A stretch of DNA of 64,000 nt, taken from assembly GCA_001777665.1 (NCBI GenBank), contig MFEQ01000005.1:13673-77672 (forward strand), given 5' to 3'. A model generated the notes under the pieces. It made no database searches. It was given only the letters and a program-made list of their open reading frames with translations, and was not told the origin of the DNA. Positions 20,567 through 30,483 of this stretch are shown piece by piece. The position numbers and the translations under genes were made by a program. Position 1 is the stretch's first letter. Each line of letters opens with the position of its first letter. This DNA comes from Candidatus Doudnabacteria bacterium RIFCSPHIGHO2_02_FULL_42_25. Lineage in GTDB: Bacteria > Patescibacteriota > Doudnabacteria > UBA920 > O2-02-FULL-48-8.

Positions 20567-21445
20567 CTATTTTTGGATTAGGTCAGGGGACTTAGCTAGT
20601 AATTTATTCAAAGTATTGTATCTAAACTGTTGCAGCTTTGGTAGCTCATGCATTCTAACAGTAAACCAAATTCCTTTAGTTAAATTAAATTCGTATTCAT
20701 AATCTGACGGCCTAGGAAGTCCATGACTGTTATACAAGTCAGCCACGGTTTTTTTAAATTTAGAGACTTGGTCTTCGGTGAATTTATAGACACGATAGAA
20801 TTCGTCATCAGCCTTTTCAGGAAACCAGTTCTGAATTGTGAGAAAAGCACCAATGTCGTAGCCGACAGGCCCTAGAAACGAGTCTTCTAAATCAATGATA
20901 CCTTTAGGGTAGATATTGAAGGGAGTAAGATCGCCGTGTTGTATAGCGAACGGAAATTTTTCTAAATTTTGCTCCGCTCGTTTATAGGTTTCCAAAATTT
21001 CTTTTTCTAAATGAGGTAGTTCACGTATGATTATATCCAAATGGATTCCATGTCGAAACTCATCCCAATCTTTATTTTCGACAATCGTTTGGACTTGAGC
21101 TTCCGCATAAATTTTTAAAATATGCAGAAATGTTTCAAATGATTCATCTAGCACATAGCCAGTTGATTCTGTTTCCTGTTTGAAAATTTCTCCGAAATGA
21201 AGGGAGCCTAGTGATTCCTCAACAAAGTAGGACATGTCCTGATACTCCCCTTCTTCCAACACGCGAGCAAGAGGAAAACCAACCTTTACCATCTGTTTAT
21301 GCAATTCCAAATCCAAACCTATTTTTTCGATACTTCCAATTCGAAGATATGTAGAATCACTTCTGTAAATAGCAGTACCACTACGCTGCTCACGAACCAA
21401 ATTATAGTTAATTCTATTTATTGTTATAGTACTTGGGTATTTCAT
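20567..21445 (-). CDS. APH/choline-kinase-like phosphotransferase
   Basis: HGDLTPFN (Brenner motif), IIDLED. Confidence 0.85.
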   Translation of the reverse strand: MKYPSTITINRINYNLVREQRSGTAIYRSDSTYLRIGSIEKIGLDLELHKQMVKVGFPLARVLEEGEYQDMSYFVEESLGSLHFGEIFKQETESTGYVLDESFETFLHILKIYAEAQVQTIVENKDWDEFRHGIHLDIIIRELPHLEKEILETYKRAEQNLEKFPFAIQHGDLTPFNIYPKGIIDLEDSFLGPVGYDIGAFLTIQNWFPEKADDEFYRVYKFTEDQVSKFKKTVADLYNSHGLPRPSDYEYEFNLTKGIWFTVRMHELPKLQQFRYNTLNKLLAKSPDLIQK

Positions 21446-23199
21446 TACGCTCCATTAAAGCCGCCAGCTTGGATTTCCCAAAGTTTTTGGTATGTCCCCT
21501 GTTTTGCTTTGACTAATTCTTCGTGCTTACCTTCTTCTATGACTTTTCCATCTTCAATAACGATTATTCTATCCATCCTCATAATGGTTGAGAGGCGGTG
21601 AGCTATAACAATAGTTGTTTTACCTTCCATAAGTGTTTTAAGTGCATCCTGAATGAATATTTCTGACTCCGAATCCAAACTGCTGGTGGCCTCATCTAGG
21701 ACAAGAATCGGTGCATTTTTGAGAATCGCTCGAGCAATAGCAACCCTTTGCCTTTCCCCTCCGGAGAGCTTAACTCCCCTTTCCCCAACAAAAGTATCGT
21801 AGCCTTGAGGAAAATTCGAAATAAACTCATGACAGTGGGCATATTTGGAAGCCTTAATTACTTCCTCCTCTGTTGCAGAAGGTTTTCCATATCGGATATT
21901 TTCCAGCAATGACCTATGAAAAAGCACTGGATCTTGTGGGACCAATCCAATTTGCCGCCTCAAGCTATCTTGTTTAACCTTCGAAATGTCCTGACCATCT
22001 ATAAGAATTCTGCCCGATTGGAGATCAAAAAATCTAAAAAGCAATTTAACTATAGTAGATTTTCCACCACCTGAAGGACCTATCAAAGCAACTTTTTGTT
22101 TTTCTTGAATTCGTAAATTAAAGTTTGTAAAAACTTCTTGTTCATTGTAAGCAAAGCTTACTCTATCAAACTGGATCGTTCCTTGCTTGATTTTTAAATT
22201 CGTGGAATCATAACCATCCTTAACTTCGTGAGGAGTATTTAATATCACCGTCATTTCAGCAGCATCCGCTAAGGCCTCATATATCTTTTGAATGTTTTTG
22301 CCAATGTTCCAGAATTTTTCGAATATCCGACCCAAATATGCTTGAACTAATGCAAATCCACCAATGCTCATTAATCCCTGCTGCCATTGACTAATAGCGT
22401 AGTACATTACACCGAATTCCAAAAGAATTACTAACGTTCCCTGAAAAATTTCTGCATGATTGGCTAGATCCCAACTCTTCTTCCTCATTTCGTAAAGCTC
22501 TTGGGTAATGCCCCGAAAAGTCTTAAGCTCTTTAGAATTTGAAGTAAATATTTTTAGGTTAATGTTATTCGTTATTGTGTCTGCCAGTTGAGCTGTTGTT
22601 TTAGTGTCTTGAGAGGCGCGTTTCAGATCAAATTTCAATTTATATCTGTTAAAAAACACAGTAAAGGTAAGATAAATAAGTGACCAGCCGAGCACAATAA
22701 AACCGATCATGGGGTTAAACACCAAAGTGGCTGCGATGATACTTATAGTTATTAAGATAGTTCGCCCGATATCCAGATATGCCTGATCTGCAATAGTTTC
22801 GAAGGAATTTTGGTACCTTCTAACCTTAGTTACTAAACTACCAACAAAGTTGTCTGTAAAAAATCTATAGGAATGATTTTGGATGTATTCATAACAAGTA
22901 TTTAAGAGGTCAGACATCACACGAGGTTGAAAAAAGTTACTCACATACAAAACCCCTCTCCAAGCAGAGTAATTAAAGAAGTTCAATAACAATATTAAAA
23001 ATATAGTACTAATTAATGGGCTTGTATTTGCAGGATCGGTTACAACTAACTGGTCAAAAAATCTTTTGTAAAAAAATGGTTTTATTACATCAAATGCAAC
23101 CAAAGCTAATGTGCCTATGAATAAAACAAAAACCACTCCCTTGTACTTCATGGAGTGTTGCCAATATATCTTAAGAGTCTGCTTTGTTTGTGATTGCAT
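21445..23199 (-). CDS. ABC exporter, fused TM and ATPase domains (MsbA-like)
   Basis: TM domain, GPSGGGKST, LSGGERQR, LDEATSSLD. Confidence 0.95.
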   Translation of the reverse strand: MQSQTKQTLKIYWQHSMKYKGVVFVLFIGTLALVAFDVIKPFFYKRFFDQLVVTDPANTSPLISTIFLILLLNFFNYSAWRGVLYVSNFFQPRVMSDLLNTCYEYIQNHSYRFFTDNFVGSLVTKVRRYQNSFETIADQAYLDIGRTILITISIIAATLVFNPMIGFIVLGWSLIYLTFTVFFNRYKLKFDLKRASQDTKTTAQLADTITNNINLKIFTSNSKELKTFRGITQELYEMRKKSWDLANHAEIFQGTLVILLEFGVMYYAISQWQQGLMSIGGFALVQAYLGRIFEKFWNIGKNIQKIYEALADAAEMTVILNTPHEVKDGYDSTNLKIKQGTIQFDRVSFAYNEQEVFTNFNLRIQEKQKVALIGPSGGGKSTIVKLLFRFFDLQSGRILIDGQDISKVKQDSLRRQIGLVPQDPVLFHRSLLENIRYGKPSATEEEVIKASKYAHCHEFISNFPQGYDTFVGERGVKLSGGERQRVAIARAILKNAPILVLDEATSSLDSESEIFIQDALKTLMEGKTTIVIAHRLSTIMRMDRIIVIEDGKVIEEGKHEELVKAKQGTYQKLWEIQAGGFNGA

Positions 23200-23301
23200 G
23201 CCTTAGTATAGACGGATTGCTTGGGCTTTATGTTTCAAGCCCAATATATATTATAACAAAAAAAACACGGGCATTGCCGCGTTTTTATATAACTCTTTGC
23301 T

Positions 23302-24609
23302 TTATAAGAAATCTAGAGGATTATACGGTGCACCATACGGGACTTTGTAAGCCCCATAGAGGTCTTGGCGAGCGCCATCGGCTATGTCAAATCCCCTAGC
23401 GTCAAAAACAGTGAAATGGAGATGATATCCGCGATGTGGACCATAAAGAAGTCTTGTTGTATTCCCAGTATTCCCTTCAAATCCAACCAAATCCCCCATC
23501 TCGACAGATTGGCCAGTCTTCATACGGAAGCTGCTCATATGCGCATAAAGCGTAATAATTTCTTTACCAGCAAACTTTCCTGTACTGTGCTTGATCGCGA
23601 CCCAGTTGCCATACGCGCCATTTCCTGTACCTGTCGCTTGGACCACTCCATCTGCAGCTGCATAAATTGGCGTTCCTGCGGGTGCTGCGATATCTATTCC
23701 ATTATGATAACTATAACCAAGTTTGGTAAATCCAGTGTTGCCGTAACCTTGTGTTAAGGTACCTTTCATGGGCCAAGCCAGTAACCCCCTCTCGGCTTTG
23801 AGTCTCGACTTGCCAAGCTTAGCTGCAATTTGACTATCTAAATCATTAATTTCTTTTTCCAAAGCATCTTCCAACTTTTCTTGTTCAGTTAATAACCGCT
23901 GGAAAGCTCTTTCCTGTCCACGGGTTTGATCCAAGACTTGTTGTTTGGCTCGCTGTTGTCCCACTAAACTAGTTTTGGCCAAATCCAAACTCTCTCGAAG
24001 TTGGTCTAGTTTGGCTTTTTCACTTTTCAACGCTGCCTGACGGATTTCTAATTCCGCTTCCAGCTGCTTGATTTTCGTTAATGTTTCCTGACTCTGTTGT
24101 TGAATCGTAGAAATATACTGGACTTGGTCCAAAAACTGATCAAAATTGTCATTCTCCAAAGCGATTTCCAAAGGACTGCGCTGGTCCATGTCATTGATAT
24201 CTGCAATCAGAGCTTTCAAAATAGTTTTCTGATCTTTGATGTCGGCTTGAGTCTGGATAATCTTATCCGTCACATCAGCGATTTCAATATTTGTGACCTC
24301 AATCTTTGTTTCAGTAACTTCGATTTGGGCTTCAGTTTGGGCAATTTCCAAGTTCAATGATTTGATCTGGTTGGCTAAAGTTTTGGCTTCAGCTTGGACT
24401 TCTTTGATTTCCGTTTGGTACTGTCCGATTTTTCTTTCTATGTCAGCTAGCTTGGCTTGTTTGTCAGCTTTTTGTTTCTGCAGTTCATCTGCTGTTTGAG
24501 CAGTCGTGTGAGGATTTACAGACATGATTATAACAACACTAGCAATCAGTAATGCTGAAAATAGTGTCTTGATTTTGTTAGTATTTTGTTTCGAGTTCTT
24601 GTAGAACAT
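23302..24609 (-). CDS. Coiled-coil M23 peptidase (EnvC/CwlO-like)
   Basis: Signal/TM segment, long coiled coil, HNGIDI, YAHM, HLHF. Confidence 0.92.
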   Translation of the reverse strand: MFYKNSKQNTNKIKTLFSALLIASVVIIMSVNPHTTAQTADELQKQKADKQAKLADIERKIGQYQTEIKEVQAEAKTLANQIKSLNLEIAQTEAQIEVTETKIEVTNIEIADVTDKIIQTQADIKDQKTILKALIADINDMDQRSPLEIALENDNFDQFLDQVQYISTIQQQSQETLTKIKQLEAELEIRQAALKSEKAKLDQLRESLDLAKTSLVGQQRAKQQVLDQTRGQERAFQRLLTEQEKLEDALEKEINDLDSQIAAKLGKSRLKAERGLLAWPMKGTLTQGYGNTGFTKLGYSYHNGIDIAAPAGTPIYAAADGVVQATGTGNGAYGNWVAIKHSTGKFAGKEIITLYAHMSSFRMKTGQSVEMGDLVGFEGNTGNTTRLLYGPHRGYHLHFTVFDARGFDIADGARQDLYGAYKVPYGAPYNPLDFL

Positions 24610-24652
24610 TCTGACGTTATTGTATCATTTTAACGCCAAAATGTCAATAAAG

Positions 24653-26107
24653 TTACAACGATGAAATTGCCTTATTTATTCGATTCAAAATTAGTTCTTT
24701 GCCGTTTGGTAGAACCATAAAGGTGTCCATTATTTCAAACGGACCTGGAGATGCTTCCATGCCGGTCAAGGCAACGCGCAAGGGCCATAACACTTCACCG
24801 GTTTTAAGATTATTTTCTTCTATAAACTTTTTAATACTGTCTTCAGATACTTCTTGGGACCTAATGTGCTCATATGTGGAGGATAGGTTCCTCTTAATAT
24901 TTTCTTTAGATGCTTTTTTCCAGATGAGTAATTTAGGATCATATTCCGGGTCGCTAAAAAAGTATTTGACCCTCTCCCCTATCTCGGAAAGTTTTTTTAA
25001 TCTCTCTCTTTCTAATTCTAAAATTTTATATATAAAAGATTTTGGTTTTGTTTCAGCCTCTGGCAAGAACAAAAGAATTTTATCATAAAGCTCTTTGACA
25101 TCCATTTTGCGAATGTACATGCCATTGATCCAGTCCAGTTTATCCAGATCAAACACCGCCCCTGATTTGTTTACTTTGCCAAAGGAAAACTGCTCGACTA
25201 GTTCATCGATCGTGAAAATTTCCTGCTCTGTTTTCGGATTCCAGCCCAGGAAAACCACAAAGTTAATCAGTGCTTCGGGTAGATAGCCTTGTTTCAAAAA
25301 GTCTTTAACCGCAACGTCACCGTCTCTTTTAGATAATTTCTTTTTTGATTTTGAGAGAAGGAGTGGTAGATGTGCAAATTGCGGCTGATCCCATTCAAAC
25401 GCTGCATAAAGAAGTATATGCTTCGGTGTCGATGGTATCCATTCTTCACCACGGATGACATGGCTGATTTTCATCAAATGATCATCCACGACACTCGCCA
25501 AATGATAGGTTGGGTATCCGTCAGATTTGAGAAGCACCTGATCATCGACATCGTTACTCGAGATGGAAATTTCGCCATGAACCATGTCTGTGAACGTGAT
25601 GGTTTGATCAGCCGGCACATTCAGACGCACCACATGCTTTTCCTGATTTAAAAGTTTTTGATTTACTTCTTCTGGGGTCAATTTCAAACAGTGCTTGTCG
25701 TACTTCGGTGGCTGATGCGCGGCTTCCTGGGTATTTCGAAGCTCCTCTAATCTTTCAGGGGTACAAAAGCAATAATAAGCATGTTTGTTTTTTACTAATT
25801 CCCCTGCATGCTTTGAATACAAACTTAATCTTTCTGATTGTTGATACGGTCCAAAATCCCCACGAACTTTTACTCCGTTATTCCAGTAAGGACCTTCATC
25901 TGAAGTTAAACCCAGTTCGTGAAGCGTTTGGACGATATTGTCTAGCGCACCAGGCACAGTTCGAGCCTTGTCTGTATCTTCAATTCGAAGAATGTAAGTC
26001 CCTTTATTTTTTTTGGCAAATAAGTAATCGTAGAGCGCTGTCCGCAATCCACCTACGTGTAAATTTCCCGTTGGACTAGGTCCAAATCTTACTCTAATTT
26101 GTGACAT
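24653..26107 (-). CDS. gltX: Glutamate--tRNA ligase
   Basis: RFGPSPTG.LHVG, KLSKR. Confidence 0.99.
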   Translation of the reverse strand: MSQIRVRFGPSPTGNLHVGGLRTALYDYLFAKKNKGTYILRIEDTDKARTVPGALDNIVQTLHELGLTSDEGPYWNNGVKVRGDFGPYQQSERLSLYSKHAGELVKNKHAYYCFCTPERLEELRNTQEAAHQPPKYDKHCLKLTPEEVNQKLLNQEKHVVRLNVPADQTITFTDMVHGEISISSNDVDDQVLLKSDGYPTYHLASVVDDHLMKISHVIRGEEWIPSTPKHILLYAAFEWDQPQFAHLPLLLSKSKKKLSKRDGDVAVKDFLKQGYLPEALINFVVFLGWNPKTEQEIFTIDELVEQFSFGKVNKSGAVFDLDKLDWINGMYIRKMDVKELYDKILLFLPEAETKPKSFIYKILELERERLKKLSEIGERVKYFFSDPEYDPKLLIWKKASKENIKRNLSSTYEHIRSQEVSEDSIKKFIEENNLKTGEVLWPLRVALTGMEASPGPFEIMDTFMVLPNGKELILNRINKAISSL

Positions 26108-26882
26108 GGTTTTTCTTATACATATAAATTTTCCAAATAAAAACTGGAATTGCGTTCCACATTCGCTTTATCCGCCAGGGTTGTGTGATTAAACGCCACA
26201 GCCATTCTAAGCCTATGGTACGCATAAATTGAGGCGGCAGCAGTCGTTTACCTGCGATATAGTCAAATGTACCGCCCAACCCCATTGCCAGTTTGACGTT
26301 GAGTTTTTGTAGATTCGCTGCTATCCATTTTTCCTGCTTTGGCGGCGAATAGGCTATGAGTAGTATATCAGAATTACTAGCCGCAATCTCTTGAATAATT
26401 TTCTCATCAAACGGTCGACCCGAGAGCGCTAAATTCACTTTCAGGTTAGGATACAACTTTTTTAATTCATAAGCTGATTGGGCAGCGACATTCCCCTCTC
26501 CTCCAACCAATGCTAGAGAAAAATTATTCTCTGCAGCCAGACGAACTAAATCATACACGAATAGACTGCCTGTGATCTGCTCCTGGATCACTGATCGAAT
26601 ATACGGACGATTAAAAATAATTGCAAAAAGTGTTTTGAGTAGAGAATCACTGCTATGTAAATACTTCGACGCCCAGAGCACCCCAATTCCGTCAGGAAGA
26701 GCAAGTGCCGCTCCATTCAAAGTTTTTTTATACTCTTCGTCTTCAAGTGCGAACACAATCTGCTCTGAATACGGTGTCACTAAGTAACATAACTTTTGCG
26801 ATCGCAATAATTGTGTAACGTAGTCTAAGACTTCCCGCTTCGACAAATTATCTATGAGTATTCCCGCAACGTTGATTTTCAT
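26094..26882 (-). CDS. WecG/TagA family glycosyltransferase
   Basis: LPDGIG, PKQEKW, GLGGTFD, GLEWLWRL. Confidence 0.93.
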   Translation of the reverse strand: MKINVAGILIDNLSKREVLDYVTQLLRSQKLCYLVTPYSEQIVFALEDEEYKKTLNGAALALPDGIGVLWASKYLHSSDSLLKTLFAIIFNRPYIRSVIQEQITGSLFVYDLVRLAAENNFSLALVGGEGNVAAQSAYELKKLYPNLKVNLALSGRPFDEKIIQEIAASNSDILLIAYSPPKQEKWIAANLQKLNVKLAMGLGGTFDYIAGKRLLPPQFMRTIGLEWLWRLITQPWRIKRMWNAIPVFIWKIYMYKKNHVTN

Positions 26883-26940
26883 GCTAGAATTATAGCATAT
26901 GGTTGTTTAGAAATTAGTATTTAGAAATTGGAAATTTGCC

Positions 26941-27213
26941 ATGGAGATCAAGCGAGAGTTCAAAAAACAACCCGAGAAACATATCCACTCCCCTGCTCAC
27001 GCGTTGGCTGACGAACTCGCCGTAAAATTTTCTGATACCAAACACTTTGGATTTTATCTAAGAATGGCTCTGAAGTATGACCACAATTTTTTGCGCAGAC
27101 TGGCGGGCGAAGTCATAGAACAGAAAGCCAAAAAACCAGGTGCTCTCTTCGCCTTTTTAATTAAAAAGCATAACGATGAAAATCGTCACGATTCCGAATC
27201 CAATCCTATATAA
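26941..27213 (+). CDS. Hypothetical protein
   Basis: 90-aa helical ORF overlapping def. Confidence 0.6.
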   Translation: MEIKREFKKQPEKHIHSPAHALADELAVKFSDTKHFGFYLRMALKYDHNFLRRLAGEVIEQKAKKPGALFAFLIKKHNDENRHDSESNPI

Positions 27214-27649
27214 AAAAACTGAACTGATCAAAAAATTTGATCGAAGTCTTGCTGATTTGGTCGAAAAAATGATTGAGACATGCAGGGCTGCAAATGGGAT
27301 CGGACTCGCAGCTCCACAAATAGGTAAATCAATCCGTCTCTGCGTGATCAACCTCGAGCATATGGGTATGCCTCCCTTTGCGCTGGTCAATCCGAAGATT
27401 ACAAAAAAATCCTGGCGGAAAATAGAAATGGAAGAAGGCTGTCTCTCCATCCCAGGTATTTATGGCATCGTCAAACGACCAGCAAAAATCACAGTCGAAG
27501 CTTTGAATCTGGAAGGTGAAAAAAGTAAGTTCGAAGCCGATGGATTATTGGCACGAGTTATACAACACGAGGTTGATCACCTCGATGGAATTTTATTTAC
27601 TTCTAAAATTATCAAAGAGACATCGGGCAAACCCGATGAAAAAATGTGA
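27176..27649 (+). CDS. def: Peptide deformylase
   Basis: GIGLAAPQ, EGCLS, QHEVDH. Confidence 0.99.
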   Translation: MKIVTIPNPILYKKTELIKKFDRSLADLVEKMIETCRAANGIGLAAPQIGKSIRLCVINLEHMGMPPFALVNPKITKKSWRKIEMEEGCLSIPGIYGIVKRPAKITVEALNLEGEKSKFEADGLLARVIQHEVDHLDGILFTSKIIKETSGKPDEKM

Positions 27650-28560
27650 AAATAATCTTTGCTGGAACTTCCAAATTTGGGATCCCAACTCTGGAAAAGC
27701 TCAAACATGAACACGAGCTTGTTTTGATAATTACCCAGCCAGACAAACCTGCTGGAAGGAATAAGACGATAACTCCATCTCCAGTGAAACTATGGGCGAC
27801 TCGCCACAATGTTTATGTGGAGCAGCCAGCACATATTTCAGATTTACTTCCCGTTATATCCCATTTAAACCCAGATCTGATGCTGGTGGTAGCGTATGGT
27901 CAAATAATTCCAAAAGTTATTTTGAATATTCCGAAATTCAAGTCGATAAATATTCACGGCTCACTTCTTCCCAAATATCGCGGAGCTTCCCCTGTCCAAG
28001 CAGCTATTTTAAATCAAGAAGAAAAAACCGGAATTACCCTGATCCAAATGGATGAAAAAATGGATCATGGACCTATCATCGCTCAGTCTCCATTGATGCT
28101 CACTGGTAGAGAAACTTTTGAGGAATTATACAAACACCTCGCTGACCTCTCCGCAGACATGGTCCCGAAGGTACTATCCGAATGGTTTGCTGGAAAAATC
28201 AATCCGCAAGTACAGAATGAGGAAAAGGCGACGTATACTAAATTACTAAACCGAAACGACGGCAAAATCAATTGGGCCCAATCCGCCAAAACAATTGATG
28301 CTCAAATCCGCGCACTGAATCCAGAACCAGGAACATGGACAACCCTAAATGGTAAAATTATTAAAGTGTTAAAAGCTCACATCATCAATGATGTAAAAAT
28401 TGAGCTTCCAGGAAAAATTCATTTGCATCAAGGCTTACCAGCTGTAAAAACCCTGGACGCGAGTTTGTTGATAGAAGAGATCCAACCAGAGGGCAAATCC
28501 CCCATGTCTGGCAAAGACTTTATCAACGGCTTAAAATCCGGCGGGAAATTGTTTATTTAG
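27646..28560 (+). CDS. fmt: Methionyl-tRNA formyltransferase
   Basis: TQPDKPAGR, NIHGSLLPKYRGASP. Confidence 0.98.
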   Translation: MKIIFAGTSKFGIPTLEKLKHEHELVLIITQPDKPAGRNKTITPSPVKLWATRHNVYVEQPAHISDLLPVISHLNPDLMLVVAYGQIIPKVILNIPKFKSINIHGSLLPKYRGASPVQAAILNQEEKTGITLIQMDEKMDHGPIIAQSPLMLTGRETFEELYKHLADLSADMVPKVLSEWFAGKINPQVQNEEKATYTKLLNRNDGKINWAQSAKTIDAQIRALNPEPGTWTTLNGKIIKVLKAHIINDVKIELPGKIHLHQGLPAVKTLDASLLIEEIQPEGKSPMSGKDFINGLKSGGKLFI

Positions 28561-28566
28561 CTTTCT

Positions 28567-28599
28567 TGACCTATTTGTACGATCGGACTAAATAGGTCA
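28567..28599. terminator. Hairpin between convergent fmt and SDR genes
   Basis: TGACCTATTT...AAATAGGTCA. Confidence 0.6.
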
Positions 28600-28603
28600 T
28601 TAC

Positions 28604-29296
28604 TCAGGCTATCGAGCGCCCTCCGTCGACATACAAGATTTGACCCGTTACAAAGTCTGTATCCAATAAATATAAAACAGCCTTAGTGATTTCGTGAGCT
28701 CCTCCCCATTTTCCAAGAGGAGTATTTTTTAAGGCTTCTAGATTATCTTCGTCCGATAAATTCGCTGGTTTCAGGATAGGTCCCGGTGCTATTGCATTAA
28801 CTGCAATTTTTGGTGCTAATTCTTTGGCTAATGACTTAGTAAGTCCAATCACAGCACTTTTAGCAACATTGTAAGGTAAATAATCTTTGTACGGTTGATT
28901 TAATACTGACCAGTCAGCGATATGTATAATTTTACCTTCCACCATTTCGTCAGCCGCGGCTTTGCTCATGAGAAAAGCACTTTTGGCAATAGTGTTCATG
29001 GTGCTGTCCCAATCTTTTTCAGTTAAAGTTTTCCAAGGCTGGTTCGGATAATTCGCCGCCATGTAGACTAGCCCATCAATTTGTCCAAATTTCTTTTTTG
29101 TTTCTGCGACAACTTTTTTTGCATCTGCTTCTTTTGACAAATTCGCTTGGACATACAAAACATCATCACCCAAATCAGGTTTGGATGTAAAATATGTCAC
29201 TGCCAGTTTCGCTCCATTCGATTTCAATCCTTGAGCTACATCAAGTCCGATCCTCGCAGCCCCTGTTAAAATTATTACTTTATTCTTGAGGTCCAT
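28604..29296 (-). CDS. SDR oxidoreductase (pteridine reductase/FolM-like)
   Basis: TGAARIG, YxxxK (YNVAK), VNAIAPG, VDGG. Confidence 0.88.
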   Translation of the reverse strand: MDLKNKVIILTGAARIGLDVAQGLKSNGAKLAVTYFTSKPDLGDDVLYVQANLSKEADAKKVVAETKKKFGQIDGLVYMAANYPNQPWKTLTEKDWDSTMNTIAKSAFLMSKAAADEMVEGKIIHIADWSVLNQPYKDYLPYNVAKSAVIGLTKSLAKELAPKIAVNAIAPGPILKPANLSDEDNLEALKNTPLGKWGGAHEITKAVLYLLDTDFVTGQILYVDGGRSIA

Positions 29297-30479
29297 TGTA
29301 GGTTACCTTATATATAACTCCGCTTTTATCATCAGAAACGTACATTTGGCCGCCAGGTTGAATTAATACATCTACAGGCCGCCCCAAAACTTCATCGTCC
29401 TGAAGCCAACCGGAAATAAAGTCTTCTGTCCCTTCATAATTACCCTTAGCGTCTAACTTTACATGTAACAGCTTATAGCCAATCTTCTCAGATCTTTCAC
29501 TCGAGCCATGCGATGCAACTATTAAGTCATACCATAAACTAGATGGCCATCCTTCCTCGGGTATGAAATCCAAACCTAATACGGCGGTATGGGCTGGAAG
29601 ATCTATATGTGACGAAATTTCGTAAGGATCCATACATGGGTTACGAATGTAGACATTTTTATCAAAATCACTATCATGATTATTTTTACCATAACAGTTG
29701 GGCCAACCGTAATTGCCGTCTTGTTGTATAACGTTGATCTCATCAGGAGGTAGATCATCGCCCAAATGATCAGATCCCATATCTGTCGCCCACATTTTCC
29801 CATCTAAATAACTCCATGTAAAAAATACTGAATTTCTCAATCCCCTAGCCAGCTCTTTGAAATCTGACCCATCCTTTTTCATCGAAAAGATTTTTGCTCG
29901 ATATTCGTTGTCTTCAATACAAACATTGCATGAAGAACCAACCGAAAGATAAAGACGATCATCCGGACCAAATTTAATAGTCCTCGTGACATGTCTACCA
30001 CCAGTAGGAAGACCATCTTTTATGACTACAGGGTTCAAGGGTTCAGTCGCGATATTGACCTGCGAGATTTTATCTTCTTCAGCAAAATATAAAACATTTC
30101 CATCTTGCGGATCAAACGCGATTCCGTGAGGTCTTTTCAATCTGCTGAAGACTTTTTCTTTCTTTGTAGGATTTCCATTTTGAACTGTAATTTTTGTGAT
30201 TGCATCTTCTGATGTTTGGCTTATCCATAGATTTCCCATACCGTCCCAAGCCATGACACGTGCGCCAGGAACATCTTCGACAAATTTTTGTATCCCAAAA
30301 TGCTCGGGAAGTACTAAGCCCAACCCAGTATGATCTCCTGCTAAGCTTGGGTCTCCCACTATAACAGGGGGCTGAATTGCCTCTTCAGTATCTTCTTGTT
30401 GCTTCCTACGTTCATTAATGAATACCAGAACAACAAGAACGGCTACAAGAATTAATACTAAAGTTAAATTCCTTTTCAT
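29280..30479 (-). CDS. PQQ-dependent sugar/sorbosone dehydrogenase family beta-propeller
   Basis: SVGSSCNVC, GLRN, PPDEIN, GRPVDV, VSDD. Confidence 0.88.
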   Translation of the reverse strand: MKRNLTLVLILVAVLVVLVFINERRKQQEDTEEAIQPPVIVGDPSLAGDHTGLGLVLPEHFGIQKFVEDVPGARVMAWDGMGNLWISQTSEDAITKITVQNGNPTKKEKVFSRLKRPHGIAFDPQDGNVLYFAEEDKISQVNIATEPLNPVVIKDGLPTGGRHVTRTIKFGPDDRLYLSVGSSCNVCIEDNEYRAKIFSMKKDGSDFKELARGLRNSVFFTWSYLDGKMWATDMGSDHLGDDLPPDEINVIQQDGNYGWPNCYGKNNHDSDFDKNVYIRNPCMDPYEISSHIDLPAHTAVLGLDFIPEEGWPSSLWYDLIVASHGSSERSEKIGYKLLHVKLDAKGNYEGTEDFISGWLQDDEVLGRPVDVLIQPGGQMYVSDDKSGVIYKVTYNGPQE

Positions 30480-30483
30480 CCAA

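Larger units (their letters stand above)
19870..20568. mobile_element. Inverted-repeat-bounded element containing a structured RNA candidate and a LAGLIDADG remnant
   Basis: 13/14-bp inverted repeat at 19870-19883 and 20555-20568; inner long-range stem 19917-19950 with 20442-20468. Confidence 0.45.

Noticed and set aside
19870-20568. tmRNA, RNase P RNA or group I/II intron
   Set aside because: No T-arm or CCA end, no GAGGAAAGUCC, and no recognisable intron core or host exon. Kept only as an unclassified candidate.
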